Positions 1 to 13,600 are shown, counted from the stretch's first letter. The stretch is DNA of 64,000 nt from Amphiscolops sp. MND2022 (GCA_964187785.1 OZ076409.1:88476001-88540000), one strand, 5' to 3'. Notes: generated by a model not told the origin, from the letters alone. A program made the numbers and translations.

Positions 1-2300
1 TCGACATCACCAACAACGTCCTCAACGTCTCAAACAACATCTTCCACATCTCAAACAACGTCGTCTACATCACCAACTACTTCATCAACATCACCAACTA
101 CATCATCAACATCACCAACTACATCATCAACATCTCCAACTACATCATCTACGTCACCAACTACATCATCTACGTCACCAACTACATCGTCTACATCAGA
201 AACAACTTCGTCTACGACATCTTCGCCAACTACATCATCAACATCAAAAACTACATCATCAACTTCACCAACTACATCATCTACATCCCGAACTACATCA
301 TCAACATCATCTACTACATCATCGACATCACCAACTACATCATCTACATCACCAACTACATCATCTACGTCACCCACTACATCGTCGACATCACCAACAA
401 CGTCATCTACATCTCTGACGACTTCGTCAACGTCTCCCACAACTAGTCAAACAACAACTTCACCAACCACTTCTCACTCAACGTCGAGCACGACATCTCA
501 TTCAACTTCGTCAACATCACAGACTACTTCCAGTACGTCTCAAACAACATCATCGACATCACCAACAACGTCCTCAACGTCTCAAACAACATCTTCCACA
601 TCTCACACAACGTCGTCTACATCACCAACTACTTCATCAACATCACCAACTACATCATCAACATCACCAACTACATCATCAACATCTCCAACTACATCAT
701 CTACGTCACCAACTACATCATCTACGTCACCAACTACATCGTCGACATCAGGAACAACTTCGTCTACGACATCTTCACCAACTACATCATCAACATCAAA
801 AACTACATCATCAACATCACCAACTACATCATCTACATCCCCAACTACATCATCAACATCATCTACTACATCATCGACATCACCAACTACATCATCTACG
901 TCACCAACTACATCATCTACGTCACCCACTACATCGTCGACATCACCAACAACGTCATATACATCTCTGACGACTTCGTCAACGTCTCCCACAACTAGTC
1001 AAACAACAACTTCACCAACCACTTCTCACTCAACGTCGAGCACGACATCTCATTCAACTTCGTCAACATCACAGACTACTTCCAGTACGTCTCAAACAAC
1101 ATCATCGACATCACCAACAACGTCCTCAACGTCTCAAACAACATCTTCCACATCTCAAACAACGTCGTCTACATCACCAACTACTTCATCAACATCACCA
1201 ACTACATCATCAACATCACCAACTACATCATCAACATCTCCAACTACATCATCTACGTCACCAACTACATCATCTACGTCACCAACTACATCGTCGACAT
1301 CAGGAACAACTTCGTCTACGACATCTTCACCAACTACATCATCAACATCAAAAACTACATCATCAACATCACCAACTACATCATCTACATCCCCAACTAC
1401 ATCATCAACATCATCTACTACATCATCGACATCACCAACTACATCATCTACGTCACCAACTACATCGTCGACATCAGAAACAACTTCGTCTACGACATCT
1501 TCACCAACTACATCTTCGACATCAAAAACTACGTCATCAACATCACCAACTACATCATCTACATCCCCAACTACATCATCAACATCATCTACTACATCAT
1601 CGACATCACCAACTACATCATCTACGTCACCAACTACATCATCTACGTCACCAACTACATCGTCGACATCACCAACAACGTCATCTACATCTCTGACGAC
1701 TTCGTCAACATCTCCCACAACTAGTCAAACAACAACTTCACCAACCACTTCTCACTCAACGTCGAGCACGACATCGCATTCAACTTCGTCAACATCACAG
1801 ACTACTTCCAGTACGTCTCAAACAACATCTTCCACATCTCAAACAACGTCGTCTACATCACCAACTACTTCATCAACATCACCAACTACTTCATCAACAT
1901 CACCAACTACATCATCAACATCACCAACTACATCATCAACATCTCCAACTACATCATCTACGTCACCAACTACATCATCTACGTCACCAACTACATCGTC
2001 GACATCAGAAACAACTTCGTCTACGACATCTTCACCAACTACATCATCAACATCAAAAACTACATCATCAACATCACCAACTACATCATCTACATCCCCA
2101 ACTACATCATCAACATCATCTACTACATCATCGACATCACCAACTACATCATCTACGTCACCAACTACATCATCTACGTCATCAACTACATCGTCGACAT
2201 CACCAACAACGTCTTCTACGTCACCAACTACCTCGTCGACTTCACAAACTACCAGTTCAACATCTGAAACTACTAGCAGTACAACGTCTGGAACCTCCCA
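1..2300 (+). repeat. Coding tandem repeat: 21-bp (TTSSTSP) unit in a 552-bp higher-order unit
   Basis: Recurrent actacatcatcaacatcacca. Antisense shadow ORF ends at 51, 603 and 1155 are exactly 552 bp apart, and the third unit has an extra 174 bp. Confidence 0.9.
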
Positions 2301-4947
2301 GACCTGGTCCACCACTACTCCTTGTATTCCTACACCATGTCAGAAGTACGAGAAGGTCATAGAAGAAGTGAAAACAGTTAATAATGAAGGTAATATTCGT
2401 ACTTTCTGGACTCAAAAACAACAGATCTTGAATTTCGTTTTTTTTTTAAAAAAAACGTTGGCTGAACACTACATAATTGAAGTTAGAACTTTGAGCATTT
2501 TTGAAATTTTAGGGTTGCGTTTGCTTTTCAAGAAAACATTTTATGCTAATTTGAAATGATTGAAACCGGAATGGAAAAAACAGTACGGCGACAACTCAAA
2601 TCGGGCCACAACTCATACCTGGCGACAAGTCATATCAAATCAAAACTCAAACTCATATCTGAAAAAATCCAATACAGAAACAGATAGAAGACTTTATTCT
2701 CAAGAAAATAATGATAAGGTATTACGAGAAATTTATTTAGCAGCTGATTAAGCTTTTAATTACGTGATTTTGCAGGTTCTAAGTGTACGAGCAAAAACCC
2801 AGTGAAGATCGAGTTCTGTGACGGTTCGTGTGGCAACAGTGGAACAAGCCAGGGTCCAGACTTGGATAAACTGGCTGAGACTGGCATAGTGGATATGGGT
2901 CCAGTTGCTGGCGAGTGCAAGTGCTGCAAGGGTAATGTCAAAATGGACGTGGTAGACTTCACTTGTGAAGATGGATCCGATTACCAACAGAGTCTCCCCA
3001 TCAGGGTAAGATTACTGTGAAGTCGCCACCCTGGTCGAAACTAAATGAACTTTTTACATGCAGCATTAAAGCACGCAGGCTAATTTTTTTGAAACATAGA
3101 AAATCAGGGACCCTGCATGGAAAGTTTTTGTAAAACTTCCCTGCAGTTTGGAAAATCCTGGCAGCATTTCCCTGTGCTTTGAAAAATGTCCACTTTTTGG
3201 AAAAACGCGTTTTCAGGCTCTCAAAAGCAAATATTGAAACCTATATTGACCATTTGTTGAATTTTTTAAAACGGAGCTCCAGTAAACTAGTTAGTAAGAC
3301 AGCAAACACCAGCAGGCCTCGAACACGAACCTTCAAATCGGCTGACCAAATGCTCTTCCAATTAAACTAGTAGTCCTTTTTGGAGTATGCTAGCTCAGTT
3401 CATAACTTAGTAGTCCAATGTAGTTTAAACCGATAGCTAAGACTTGCAGATGAAACATGAAAACCAGCTGAACTGTTTTTTGGAATTTATACACTTAGCG
3501 TCAATTTAACAATTATTCTACTAAAAACTCTATTTCATAAGTAAGTAAGGCAAGTTCCTTTTTTTGTGTATTTACAAAAGAGCCAATGGAAATGCATATA
3601 TGATTGAACACTTCCTCTTTCTTGATGTGTCATTGTAATGAGTTCCAGTTCAATTTTCTGTACAAACCTGCGCAGATCAACCGGATCTGTGATCAGGTTC
3701 GCCGAGGTTTTAACCATTGTACTTGAAGGTACAAAAAGGTAAGTTATGTGACAAGAGATTCACTTTGGTTCCAAGTCGATGATACCATTAGCTTCCAGTC
3801 TCGTTTTGCTACTTATTCTTTTCTAGTTGTTATCTCGATGGTGTCAGGAGCTGCAACTGTGCAACAATTTGTGAACCCTTCTGACAGGATTTCTGGATTT
3901 CGGTCGAAAATTGCGGCGGTGTTACTTTTCAAAATTTTTACAAGATGTTTTTATGCAAAAATTTTTACTACAAGATGTTGTAAAAGTTGTTACACTGTAT
4001 TGTGTCACAGGCAACGGGCTGTGGCTGCTACGGTGCCGGAGAGGATGTCGGAGACATGGTACCAGAGGCGACCACGGTGGAAGGATGCGAGCCAGATGGA
4101 AGTCTTTCGGAGACGCCAGTGTCGAAACTTGACTGGGATGCCCAGTTCTCTGGAGTGAGGGATGAGGGTAATGCCACCGTCTACATCTACACCATCTACA
4201 ACAACAACATGGACGAGGCTCAACCTCTTGTTGGATTCACTCTTGAAATTGAAGGTCAGCATTACTTGTGGTTACCCTAAAGTCAGGTCAAGGTTAACTT
4301 GTAAATTTAAGACACAAGTTCTATCTTTCATAAACTCAAATCATTGAACTTGATTCTTCCAAATTTTTTAGGATGATCATTGAAATGACCAATCAATGCG
4401 CTTAAACAACATCAAAATACTTTGAGTCATTGATGAGTGACCTTGAACCAAATTGAAAAATGTCGTTTTTTTTCTTGAACAACCTATATAAAAACCGTTT
4501 TGCCGGAGTGAAGGGGAGATTCTTGTGTGGACGGAACTACTTCTTCCATCTCAATCAGTCTCTCATTAAACGAGGTCAAGTTTTTGTGGCACTTTTGAGA
4601 AACACTCGATTTTTACATGTTGGGACATCATACGTGATTTTAAATGACAGTTTGTGGCAAGATACTTCGATGGAACAAGAAGAAGCATGATTTTTTGTTC
4701 AGGCTGCGAAGACCAGATAGATTTTGGAGACCAGCAGAATATGGAAGAACTGGACGGCCGAACATGTCTGGCTAACCAGCTGCTGTTCCCACAACAGAAC
4801 CTGGATGAAGGAAAAGTCACTGTTGAGCTACGCATCGAGGGCACTTCTTGTCTGAGGGAGGATCGAAACTACGCACTGTTGGGTGCTATCGGCTACGGAG
4901 TGTCCACAATCGCAGGACCCAAGTGTGGCGCACCATGCCTGAAATGA
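1..4947 (+). CDS. Mucin-like protein, 3' part (PTS tandem repeat, cystine knot, extra C-terminal domain); exons <1-2389, 2776-3005, 4011-4254, 4703-4947
   Basis: Frame +1 is open from base 1 and reads STSPTTSSTS...; the exon ends GAAG|gtaata at 2389. GT-AG joins with matching phases (1,0,1) give ...TTTPCIPTPCQKYEK...G|SKCTSKNPVKIEFCDGSCG...ECKCCKG...CEDG...PIR|ATGCGCY..., the C-x-G-x-C / CxCC / CxC pattern of a CTCK knot. Stop is TGA 4945-4947. The 5' end lies outside the window. Confidence 0.85.
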
Positions 4948-6410
4948 AAAGCGATGATGAAAGCAAAAACGACAGCTCCATCGTAAAATAGCAAAAATTG
5001 ACATATTTGGAGAGAGGCAAAAATGTAACCTAGAAAAAAAGACATGTTGGGGAAGGAATTCTATCTGAATAATTCATCAATTTGATTTATTGATTGAAAA
5101 TAATTGAATAATTTTGAACAACTTTCCTTTGGAAGCGTCAAAGGCGACAAATAAAAAAACAAAATTACGGCAAAACCCAAGCCAGCATTAAAACATGCTC
5201 AAATTTCTGCTCTCAACTAAACTAAAGAACTTTCTCAAAACTTTGAAAACTACTGAAGCTTCTTCCGCGAATCAGTTCATGGAGTTAAAATAAAGCATGA
5301 TTAGTACTTATGGGAGTTTTTTTTAACGCAGTACAAGTAATCTCGAATGACCGTGATTTCATAATACCTGTTTGGTTACGTGAATTTTTAGGTCTCAAGA
5401 AAATAGTTCAAGACGCTTTGGTCTCAGGAAAACTAATACCAAAAATTCACAACCAGCATCAACAGAGACTTTTTAGGCTCTCAAAAAAATTTTCAAACTG
5501 AAAACATCAAAAAAACAAAGCGGGCCCTTTGGTGAAATGATTTTTGTGGAAAAATCGCATTGCCAAAAATTTTCAACGGGGCCTTTTGGTCTTGTTGTCC
5601 TTTGCGAAACTAAAAAAAACCTTTACTCCAGCCCGAGATTTGAACCGGCGGATGTCTCTTTCCCAGTTACTCGCACTATCCACTAGGCCAAGCGGAGTGA
5701 AAACTAAACGAAACGAAGTGACAAAATAAATACGAATATTTATGGAATCTGTCAGCTCGAGTTCTTGAAAAACCACTACTGTAATCTGAGCGACAGAAAA
5801 TGAAAACGAAAAACGAAAAGCATATGAATCTTTGGAATTGATACTTATAAGAATCACTGAATAACAATTTCTTTCATCAGCACGAAGGACACACAAGTTC
5901 GAAATGTTTCCGTCTAGACTTTTCGGCAAGGATGAAAAATTTATTGGAAAAGCGAAAGTGCCAAAGTCTTTTGTGGAAAATAAACATTTGCTTGATTGCA
6001 ATCGACCAAAAAATTTGGCAACTGTGAGAATTTCCATGAGAAAAACCTTGAAAATATGAAATTAAATCCAGTGTATAAATCTTGTTGCAAAGCGTATTTT
6101 CATGCTATATTAATTATTATTCTGAAGCACAATATTTGTTTCCAGGTTTGACTTTCTTGTACGTTCAAGCTTTTGAAACACAGCTTGGTTACAAATTTGA
6201 TCAAATGGACCTATACTGTGTTCACTGGAGCGTAAAAATAGACTTGGTTTCGTCTTTAAAGCTGCACTTCTCGTGCAAAGAGCCGTTTGCTTGACAGAGC
6301 AATAAGAACAAAAAATATTCAGTGGTGCTGAGTGTTTTTTCAGTAGATGCAATATTATATCGATGCACACCGTACGTACGCTCGTTCGTCTTATATAGTC
6401 AAACGCAGAC

Positions 6411-7487
6411 ATGAAAAATACTGGCTGGAATTCCACATATGATTCTGACTACATTCAGCACGCGCAACCATCAAAATTGCGGGAAACGCCAACAATCCCC
6501 AGGCTAAGGGACATTGAACCGGTTCTTATGCCCCGCCCATTTATACTCAAGTCCAAACAAGCAGCCGGTAAACCCTCCGGGCGTTTGGAAGACCCTTACT
6601 GGTCGTCGATTTATAAACAAAGTTATAAACCTCATCACATGACTAGATATGAAAATTACCTTCCGACGTTAGTTACAACAGCTAGACCCACCTATAATGC
6701 AGAAAGACCTGTTTTTCTGCCTGCCCTACCTGTGTATTTGTCACCCACCGTTGGGAGTTTCACTGACAGGAATGACTAATTTTCCGTCCCAAAACACGTA
6801 TATTCTCATGAAAAAAGTGACTTTATGTACGATTGCTTTTTATTTTTGGAGCATTAGAACTGATCAGCTATTTCAATCAACTGAAAAAAATCATTGCAAG
6901 ACAATGAAATTTTTTTTACTCAAATGTCTAAAACTGCGCTTTTTTGGTGAAAAATGATACTCTTCAAAGAAAAAAAAAAGATTTTTAAACGTCTTTCTTC
7001 TGAAGGTCATTTGAAATTTTCTGTTGCGTTAATTCGCTTCTAATTCTGGAATGTTTGCCATCAAAACACCTTCGTTTTTGTTGCACCGCTTTAGTCATTT
7101 CTCTCTCATCACAGACCCGTTTATCATATCAGACAACCAAGAGGTTCTTATTCGGACAGGACTATGAATTATGACCCCCTATCCACGTGGACTTCAGTAT
7201 ACAAGGAGAGCTTCAGAGGTGCCCAAGGAACTAATTCTGCCGCTCAACTTCATTTCGACCCCATTCTGTACACCAACCCGCAACACAATTTGACCCCAAG
7301 ATACAATCAAGTCGAAGCACCAATAAAACATGACCAAGCTAGAGAAAACTTGGTTGATATTGAAAACAATCAGTATGACAATCTGCCTTCTGTAAGGTCT
7401 CAGAAACAGGTAAATGTCGATAATCGGCAAATCGCCAAAAATTTCATGAAACGAAACCATTTTCGATTTTGGAAGGGCGACATTTAA
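6411..7487 (+). CDS. Small protein with three W-x-S-x-Y-x3-[YF] repeats (ciliary microtubule inner protein / SAXO-MAP6 Mn-like); probable exons 6411-~6733 and 7115-7487
   Basis: Motifs WNSTYDSDY, WSSIYKQSYKP and WTSVYKESF. A good acceptor (tctctctcatcacag|, 7114) joins upstream of ORF 7164-7487. The donor position is uncertain. Confidence 0.5.
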
Positions 7488-7649
7488 ATATGGTATTTGA
7501 ACAAAAAAGACAACAATTTGTTAAACTAGTTGTTAGTTGAAGAAAATGATGTTACTGGGGTGGTATATATTTTTGATGTTGCAACTTCGTAGTGTAAATA
7601 CCTTGCATAGACTTATAAATACTACGTGATCGAGAATTCAGCATTTAAT

Positions 7650-10423
7650 AACAAGACGAGAACGTCTAAAGTCGGCGCTATATCTAAGGCTCAAAAAGCG
7701 CAAAACATTTTTTTGGAGAAAAATTGAAATTTTTGAAATATTTTTCTTTCGAAAAATGTTGCATAGTGTCGAAAAATGTAAAAGGGGACCCTCTTGGATT
7801 TATTAACATACATTCTGTTGCAAAATATCAAAAAACTCGAAGGGGGACCCTTTGGGGACATAAAAAAATTTTCGAAAAAAGTCGCACAGTGCCGAAAAAA
7901 ATCCAAAGGGGGACCCTTTAGGCACGTCCGATTCTCTAGGTTTCCTTGAAAAAGTAAACAAGACGCCCGCTGAGCAGCGAGATATTTTCCGCCCGAACTG
8001 TTCTACAACTACATAAATTTGAGGCTCAAGGATAACTAATGCACTATAAAAACGCTAAGAAGTTCGAAGAAAAGAAAGCTTCGATTTATCTTTGCCCAGT
8101 TGTGAGGGAACACCTTTATTTTAGTATTTCTGCGATAGCTGGCCAGTTTTCGTAATTTCGACACTATGCGACTTACCGAGTGAAACTTTTCATTTTTTTC
8201 GAAAACAATTTTCGAAAAATATTTTTTTTTGCAATTTTTAGTTTTTGAGGTTTTCTGTGAAAGAAATAAGTTTTCCGAGTCTTACGGGTGACCTTTCCGT
8301 TACTTTTAGTCATGTGGAATTGATGGAGTCTCTTATTGACTGTTGAAAATACATCATTTCAGTTTTTTTTTCGGCTCCGTGCCTCTTCCCGAAATTTTCA
8401 TTTGGTCAAAGCGTAGCCCCTTGATTTCATAGCTGATTTCGGCATAAAACAAGTAGATTGTGCGCTGAAACTAGTTCTGCCTTCATAGGATTTTACCGAA
8501 AAAAAATCAAAAATCTGGCGTTCTGAAAATCCTGTTCGGAAAAAAGTGGTTTCAGAGTCTCAGGAGTATTTATTGGGATTATTTTTGGCACTGAGAAAAT
8601 GGTTTAGGATTGAAACTAGGTCATTTGCAAGTTTAAGGAACTTGAGCGGTCCCTGGTTGGTATATTATTGCACATAGTTTCATCAAAGGTGTCAAAATTT
8701 GGAATTTTTTCTGACAACTTTGGGATCAATTTGAGGAACTTTTCTAACATGAATCTACAGATGTCTTTTCACAAATAGGCCACTGGACACCGAGTTTAGT
8801 TGTTGTTTATTGCTTACACCAGTCTAAGCCACGTTATCGCTTGAAACATTTTCCTTTGGAAGGTGTTCTCCATAGCTATGGAAAATAGGAAAATTTTGGG
8901 TTTTTTGTCGTTTTTGGTGCCAACTTGAGATTTTCTTCATCTAGAAAACTGCATTAAATTCTTCGGAAAAATTTTTTGGACCAATACTGTTCCTTGCTTA
9001 CGCTTCGCAAAATTCTGATCTACGAAGTCTGTCGAAATTGTGACAAAAATTGCATAAAATATTCGAAAAATAGAAAGTTTTGGGTTTTTTGTCACATTCG
9101 GTTTCAATTTGAGACCTTTTTCAGTTAGAGAATAGAAAAAATCTTTTCGGAAAAGCCTACTGGACAACTAATACGGGCCACTTTGACCGTTTTGAACATT
9201 CTAATCAACGAAGTCCTACTAAAATTTGACAAAAATTGAATAAAATTGTTAAAAATTGGGAAAATTTTGGAATTTTGGTCATTTTTTGGGTCATTTTTCT
9301 CTGACAAACCGCATTTATCTCTTCCTAGAAAACTATTGGACAACAACATCGTGCCTTGTTGAACGTTTGCAACATTCTAGTTTGCGATGTTTATCAGTAA
9401 ATTGACAAAAAACGCATGAAAACGGTAAAAATTGAGAAATTTTGGAGTTTTTGTTTTTTTTTGGGGCCAATTTGAGATATTTTTCATCAAGAAAACTGCA
9501 ATAAATTCTTTAGAAAAGCCTACTGGACTAATATGGTTTCCTTGCTGACGCTTCTCAACATTCTAATCTACGAAGTCTGTCGAAAATTTGACAAAAATGC
9601 ATTTAAAAGTTTAAAAAATGGAAAGTTTTGGTTTTTTTTTGTTATTTTCGGTATCAATTTGAGACCTTTTTTATTTGGGAAAAAGCCATTATCTTTTCTG
9701 AAAAGCCTACCGGACAGCAAATGCGTGCCATGTTGAGCGTTCTCAACATTTTAATTAACGAAGTATGTCGAAAATTTGACAAAAATTGCTTAAAATTGTT
9801 AAAAATCAGAAAATTTTGGAATTTTTGTCATTTTTGGGGTCAATTTTCTGGTACAAAATCGCATTTATCTCTTCATAGAAGACTATTGGAAAATGAATTC
9901 GTGCCCTGTTGAACGTTTTCAACATTCTAATTCGCGGTGTCTCGCAAAAAAATGACAAAAATAGCATAAAAACGTTAAAAAATTGAGTAGTTTGGGAATT
10001 TTTGTCATTTTCGGGGTCATTTCGTCATTAAGGGGTCATTTCGTCATTAAGGGGTCATTTTCGTCATTTCAAAAAACTCCAAAAATCTCTACAATTACAT
10101 ATCGCACGAAGCTAAATTTATGTGAGTTGAATTCTATGGGTAACACCCTTAAAGTTGAACATGAATAAATTCTTGGCAAATTTTGTAAAAAAACCGTTTG
10201 ATTTAAATATTTTCCTTTCCCATATATGAAATATGGGCGGAAAATAAAAAATGAAAGGGGGACCATTTGGACTAAGTTTGCCTTGGCCGGACTTGGCCTT
10301 AGGTGGTTTCAGGATTGTTTCTAAAAAGTGGACCGATCAGTGTGAGGATTGTAGTCTGAAGAAAAAAAGGTCACTGCTAAGGTTGGACATTTTTCCTTAA
10401 AAGGAAAACGCGCCGACTAAAAA
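7650..10423 (-). mobile_element. Helentron-associated (HINE/DINE-like) non-autonomous repeat, family A, interrupted by a nested family-B element
   Basis: aacaagacgagaacgtctaaagtcggcgctatatctaaggctc at 7650 and the inverted sub-terminal gcgccgactaaaaa at ~10410-10423. The same ends recur at 14104, 24011, 33802, 36821, 38889 and 40957. Confidence 0.65.
7956..10246 (-). mobile_element. HINE-like repeat family B nested in family A, with internal degenerate ~180-bp tandem units
   Basis: End aacaagacgcccgctgagca (also at ~14564 and ~42101). Inverted sub-termini tattttccgccc (~7983) and gggcggaaaata (~10234). Repeated aaaagcctactggaca...aacattcta units at ~8880-10020. Confidence 0.55.
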
Positions 10424-10640
10424 CGTAAGAAGCTATGGAACGAGAAGAAAAATAATCCAAAACACGTTTTTGAACCGTTATTGCACGTCATTTTTTCATT
10501 GGGTGACGTACTTTAGATCAATAGCAAAAACATTGGCTGCTTTGTTCCAAAGGATACAGTTTTGATAATGTCAAAACTTTAGAAAGTTTTTGTTGTTGAA
10601 TGAATTTCATTTGATCATTAATGAGTATAAATTGGTTTAG

Positions 10641-13600
10641 GGACTCGACTCCAATCGGAACCACGGTGCACCTGTCAATGAAAGGTTTCATCAGTCATCG
10701 TTCATAGATCATGACTTTGATACTGAACAGCAAACAATCATTCTGTCGCAGTTTTTCCCAGAAGACCGAATTAGATGGCTCAGAGCCGACCAACTCTCAA
10801 CTCAACCGAAATTATTCGCCAAAAAGTTCGTAACGAACGACTTCAAACGAGGAATTTTGAGTAACACCTGGTTCCTGGTTGCATGCGCTGCCTTAGCGAG
10901 ACATCCAAAGTTGATCAACATCGTCATGGCATCAAACCAACCCTTAGGGGGCGAAGCTAAAAGTGGCAAAATTTCATGCAATTTCAATCTTTTCGGACTT
11001 TGGAAAACTATAGTAATTGATGACCAGTTGCCATGTACGGGTCAAGATCTGGCTTTCTCACGCTCTGACGATCCGGATGAATTCTGGATATCATTTCTGG
11101 AAAAAGCGTACGCCAAGGTGTTTGGAGGGTATAATGCGCTGCAGTTTGGAAGACCGGAAGACGCTCTTGCTGATTTGACTGGCGGAATTTGCGAGTTTTA
11201 CAGTTTGCATGAATCTCTGGGGAACCGAGTAGATATTGCTCATGCTCTGTTTATGGCGTCCAAACTCCATGCCATGATAACATGTAGCCGGGTTATTCTG
11301 GATGAGAACAATGAGCAGGAATTCATTAGTGGCATGGTGGCTAGTCACGGCTACGAGGTTGCCAGTGATTTAATAACTTTAAACATCTCCATTGTCGGCC
11401 AATCGTAATTCAAGTACTTGTAACGCCAACGACGGTGAATCCACCACAGAAATTGAAACTGCGATTATATCATTTTAAAGCTGCGATAATTCGTTCATAA
11501 ATTCATGTTACGGAGCAATTTTTGGACACGCTGATTTCATAGGAAATAATTTTGTCACCCACGTCAAAATTCGCACAAAAGGTTGCTGAAATCCCAATTT
11601 TTGCGCAATCAGGCAAGAGACTTGGTAAACTTTGCCGTATTTTTCTCGACAAGGTTTGGGATCCTAATAAGGTATCCAAGATTTTCGTGAAAACTTTAAA
11701 TGTTCCATTTCAAGTTCAGCCAAAAATGAGGTGAGTTTCAAATATAAAAGTCATGATTCTTCAAGCATGTCCCAACTTATTGCTATTCTATAGCGAAAGC
11801 GTCGATCATTATGCAAAGTAACAGAGTCGGAAGGTATTAAATCACTGAAGGTAACGGGTGTGTTCGTCGTGCCCTGGAGCAGAGGCGAAGAAGAGATCAT
11901 ACTCCGTATCCAGGCACCCTGGACCTACTCCAAAACTTCTACTGGAGCCTGGTCCGACATGTAAGAGGGTTTTTAAGATGCAACTCTGCAATGTATTTTG
12001 CATTCCCATTAAATTAAAAAAAAAACTTCAAGTTTTTCAAATTGCAGCATGGTTTCAAATTTTAGTATTCACATTTTTGGAAAATTTTGTATTTGAGTTT
12101 TCTTCAGTGCACAAACATTTGAACTGAAAAAGAATATTTTACATAAAACTTTGATCTATATCTATAATTTCAAACAAAGTTCTGCTGATTTGAGGTTTAG
12201 TTTGCTTTTAATCTTAGTTAGTTATGCGTATTTTACTATTTTCCGAGTTATTTTTACCTAGAAAATTCCCCTTTTTCATAACATCATCTCCTTATCATTG
12301 AAAGTCCACCTCCCAATTTTCCACCCTTTCTGACGTAGGGACCCCCGCTGGCGAACCTTCAGCAAGGAGTTCAAAGACTTCGTAGGTTTCAACAACAAGC
12401 CGAGCGGCGAGTTCTTTATCAACTACAACGACTTCCTCAAACAGTTCTATCACGTGCTCATCTGCCACCTGCAGTCTCCTCTGTATCCCAACCAGAGCAT
12501 CAAAGAGAATGGCTTTTTCTGGCAACAGCACGGGCAATGGACCAGTGCCGAAAATGCCGGGGGCTCCGCCGGCTACGCCTCCTACTCCTCAAACCCTCAG
12601 TATTTGGTAACTCTGGAGGAACCGGCTGAAATGGATCCTCTCTACCAGGAATGTTGAAATGACTATTTATTCAAGCGTCGTTTTTTATTTTCCGCCCAAG
12701 TTCATTAGCTGAGAAAAATTAATGTTTCACGCGCTTTGTTTTCCTTCAAAATTGTGTCACACTCTGATTTTATTTTCAAAAAAGTTACTTCCACAAATTT
12801 CAACAACGAAAAAAAATAATTTAAATATAATCATGCAGATACTTGAAATTTTTCAAAAGCGTGCCCAAAACGTACATAATTGCGCTTTTACTCGGAACCT
12901 TTTTCGAACGTTTTGAATTATTTCATAACATGATAATTTTTGCATTGTTTTCTCACTTTTGCGCTAAAATAATGAGGGCGAAAAATATCCCGGTGCTCGA
13001 CGAGCATCTCGTTTCGCTAGTTCAGATTCAGCAAATAAAAATAACAAACAACAGCAAAAGCAAAATGATAATTTGAGAAAAAGTGTTATCACGTGTTGTG
13101 ACGTAATAGTTTTCGAACAATGAAGCAACTTCCACGATGTATGTGCCCTAGGGCTCAAACTACAGTTTTGCTTCTTGAAACATTGCAAATAGATTTTTTT
13201 CAAAAAACCCAAAAACTGGATTCCATAATCCTAGAAAAGATCTAAATACCAGTGAAGCTTCTAATTTTCAGACGACCTAATATAATTCTTTTAAACCTCG
13301 ACGATTTTTGTCGCATTTGCTGTATCGTAAAAATGGAGTACAATTTTTTAAGTCACAGAAATTGACATATATTGTACATTTACATTAAGTGCTTCAACAA
13401 TCCTTTGTGTCAGGACTACAAAAACATTCTGATTGTATCTCTAATTTTACCCGACACAAGAGGCTCGACAAAAAGTTATGCTCACACTGGATTCTCTATA
13501 TACCAAGTGGACAGTCAAAAATCTTACATTCCTCTCACTAATGATTACTTATCAGTTAACAAACCCATTCTGACCAGCGGTCGATACAAAAGCCAGAAGA

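Noticed and set aside
51..2315. Minus-strand (VGDVDDV)n ORFs
   Set aside because: Antisense shadows of the Thr/Ser mucin repeat; the + frame is continuous and splices into a cystine knot.
5627..5696. tRNA gene on the - strand (TGGCCTAGTGG ... GGTTCAAATC)
   Set aside because: Box A and B are present but the anticodon stem does not pair and the acceptor stem is poor; it is embedded in interspersed-repeat sequence.
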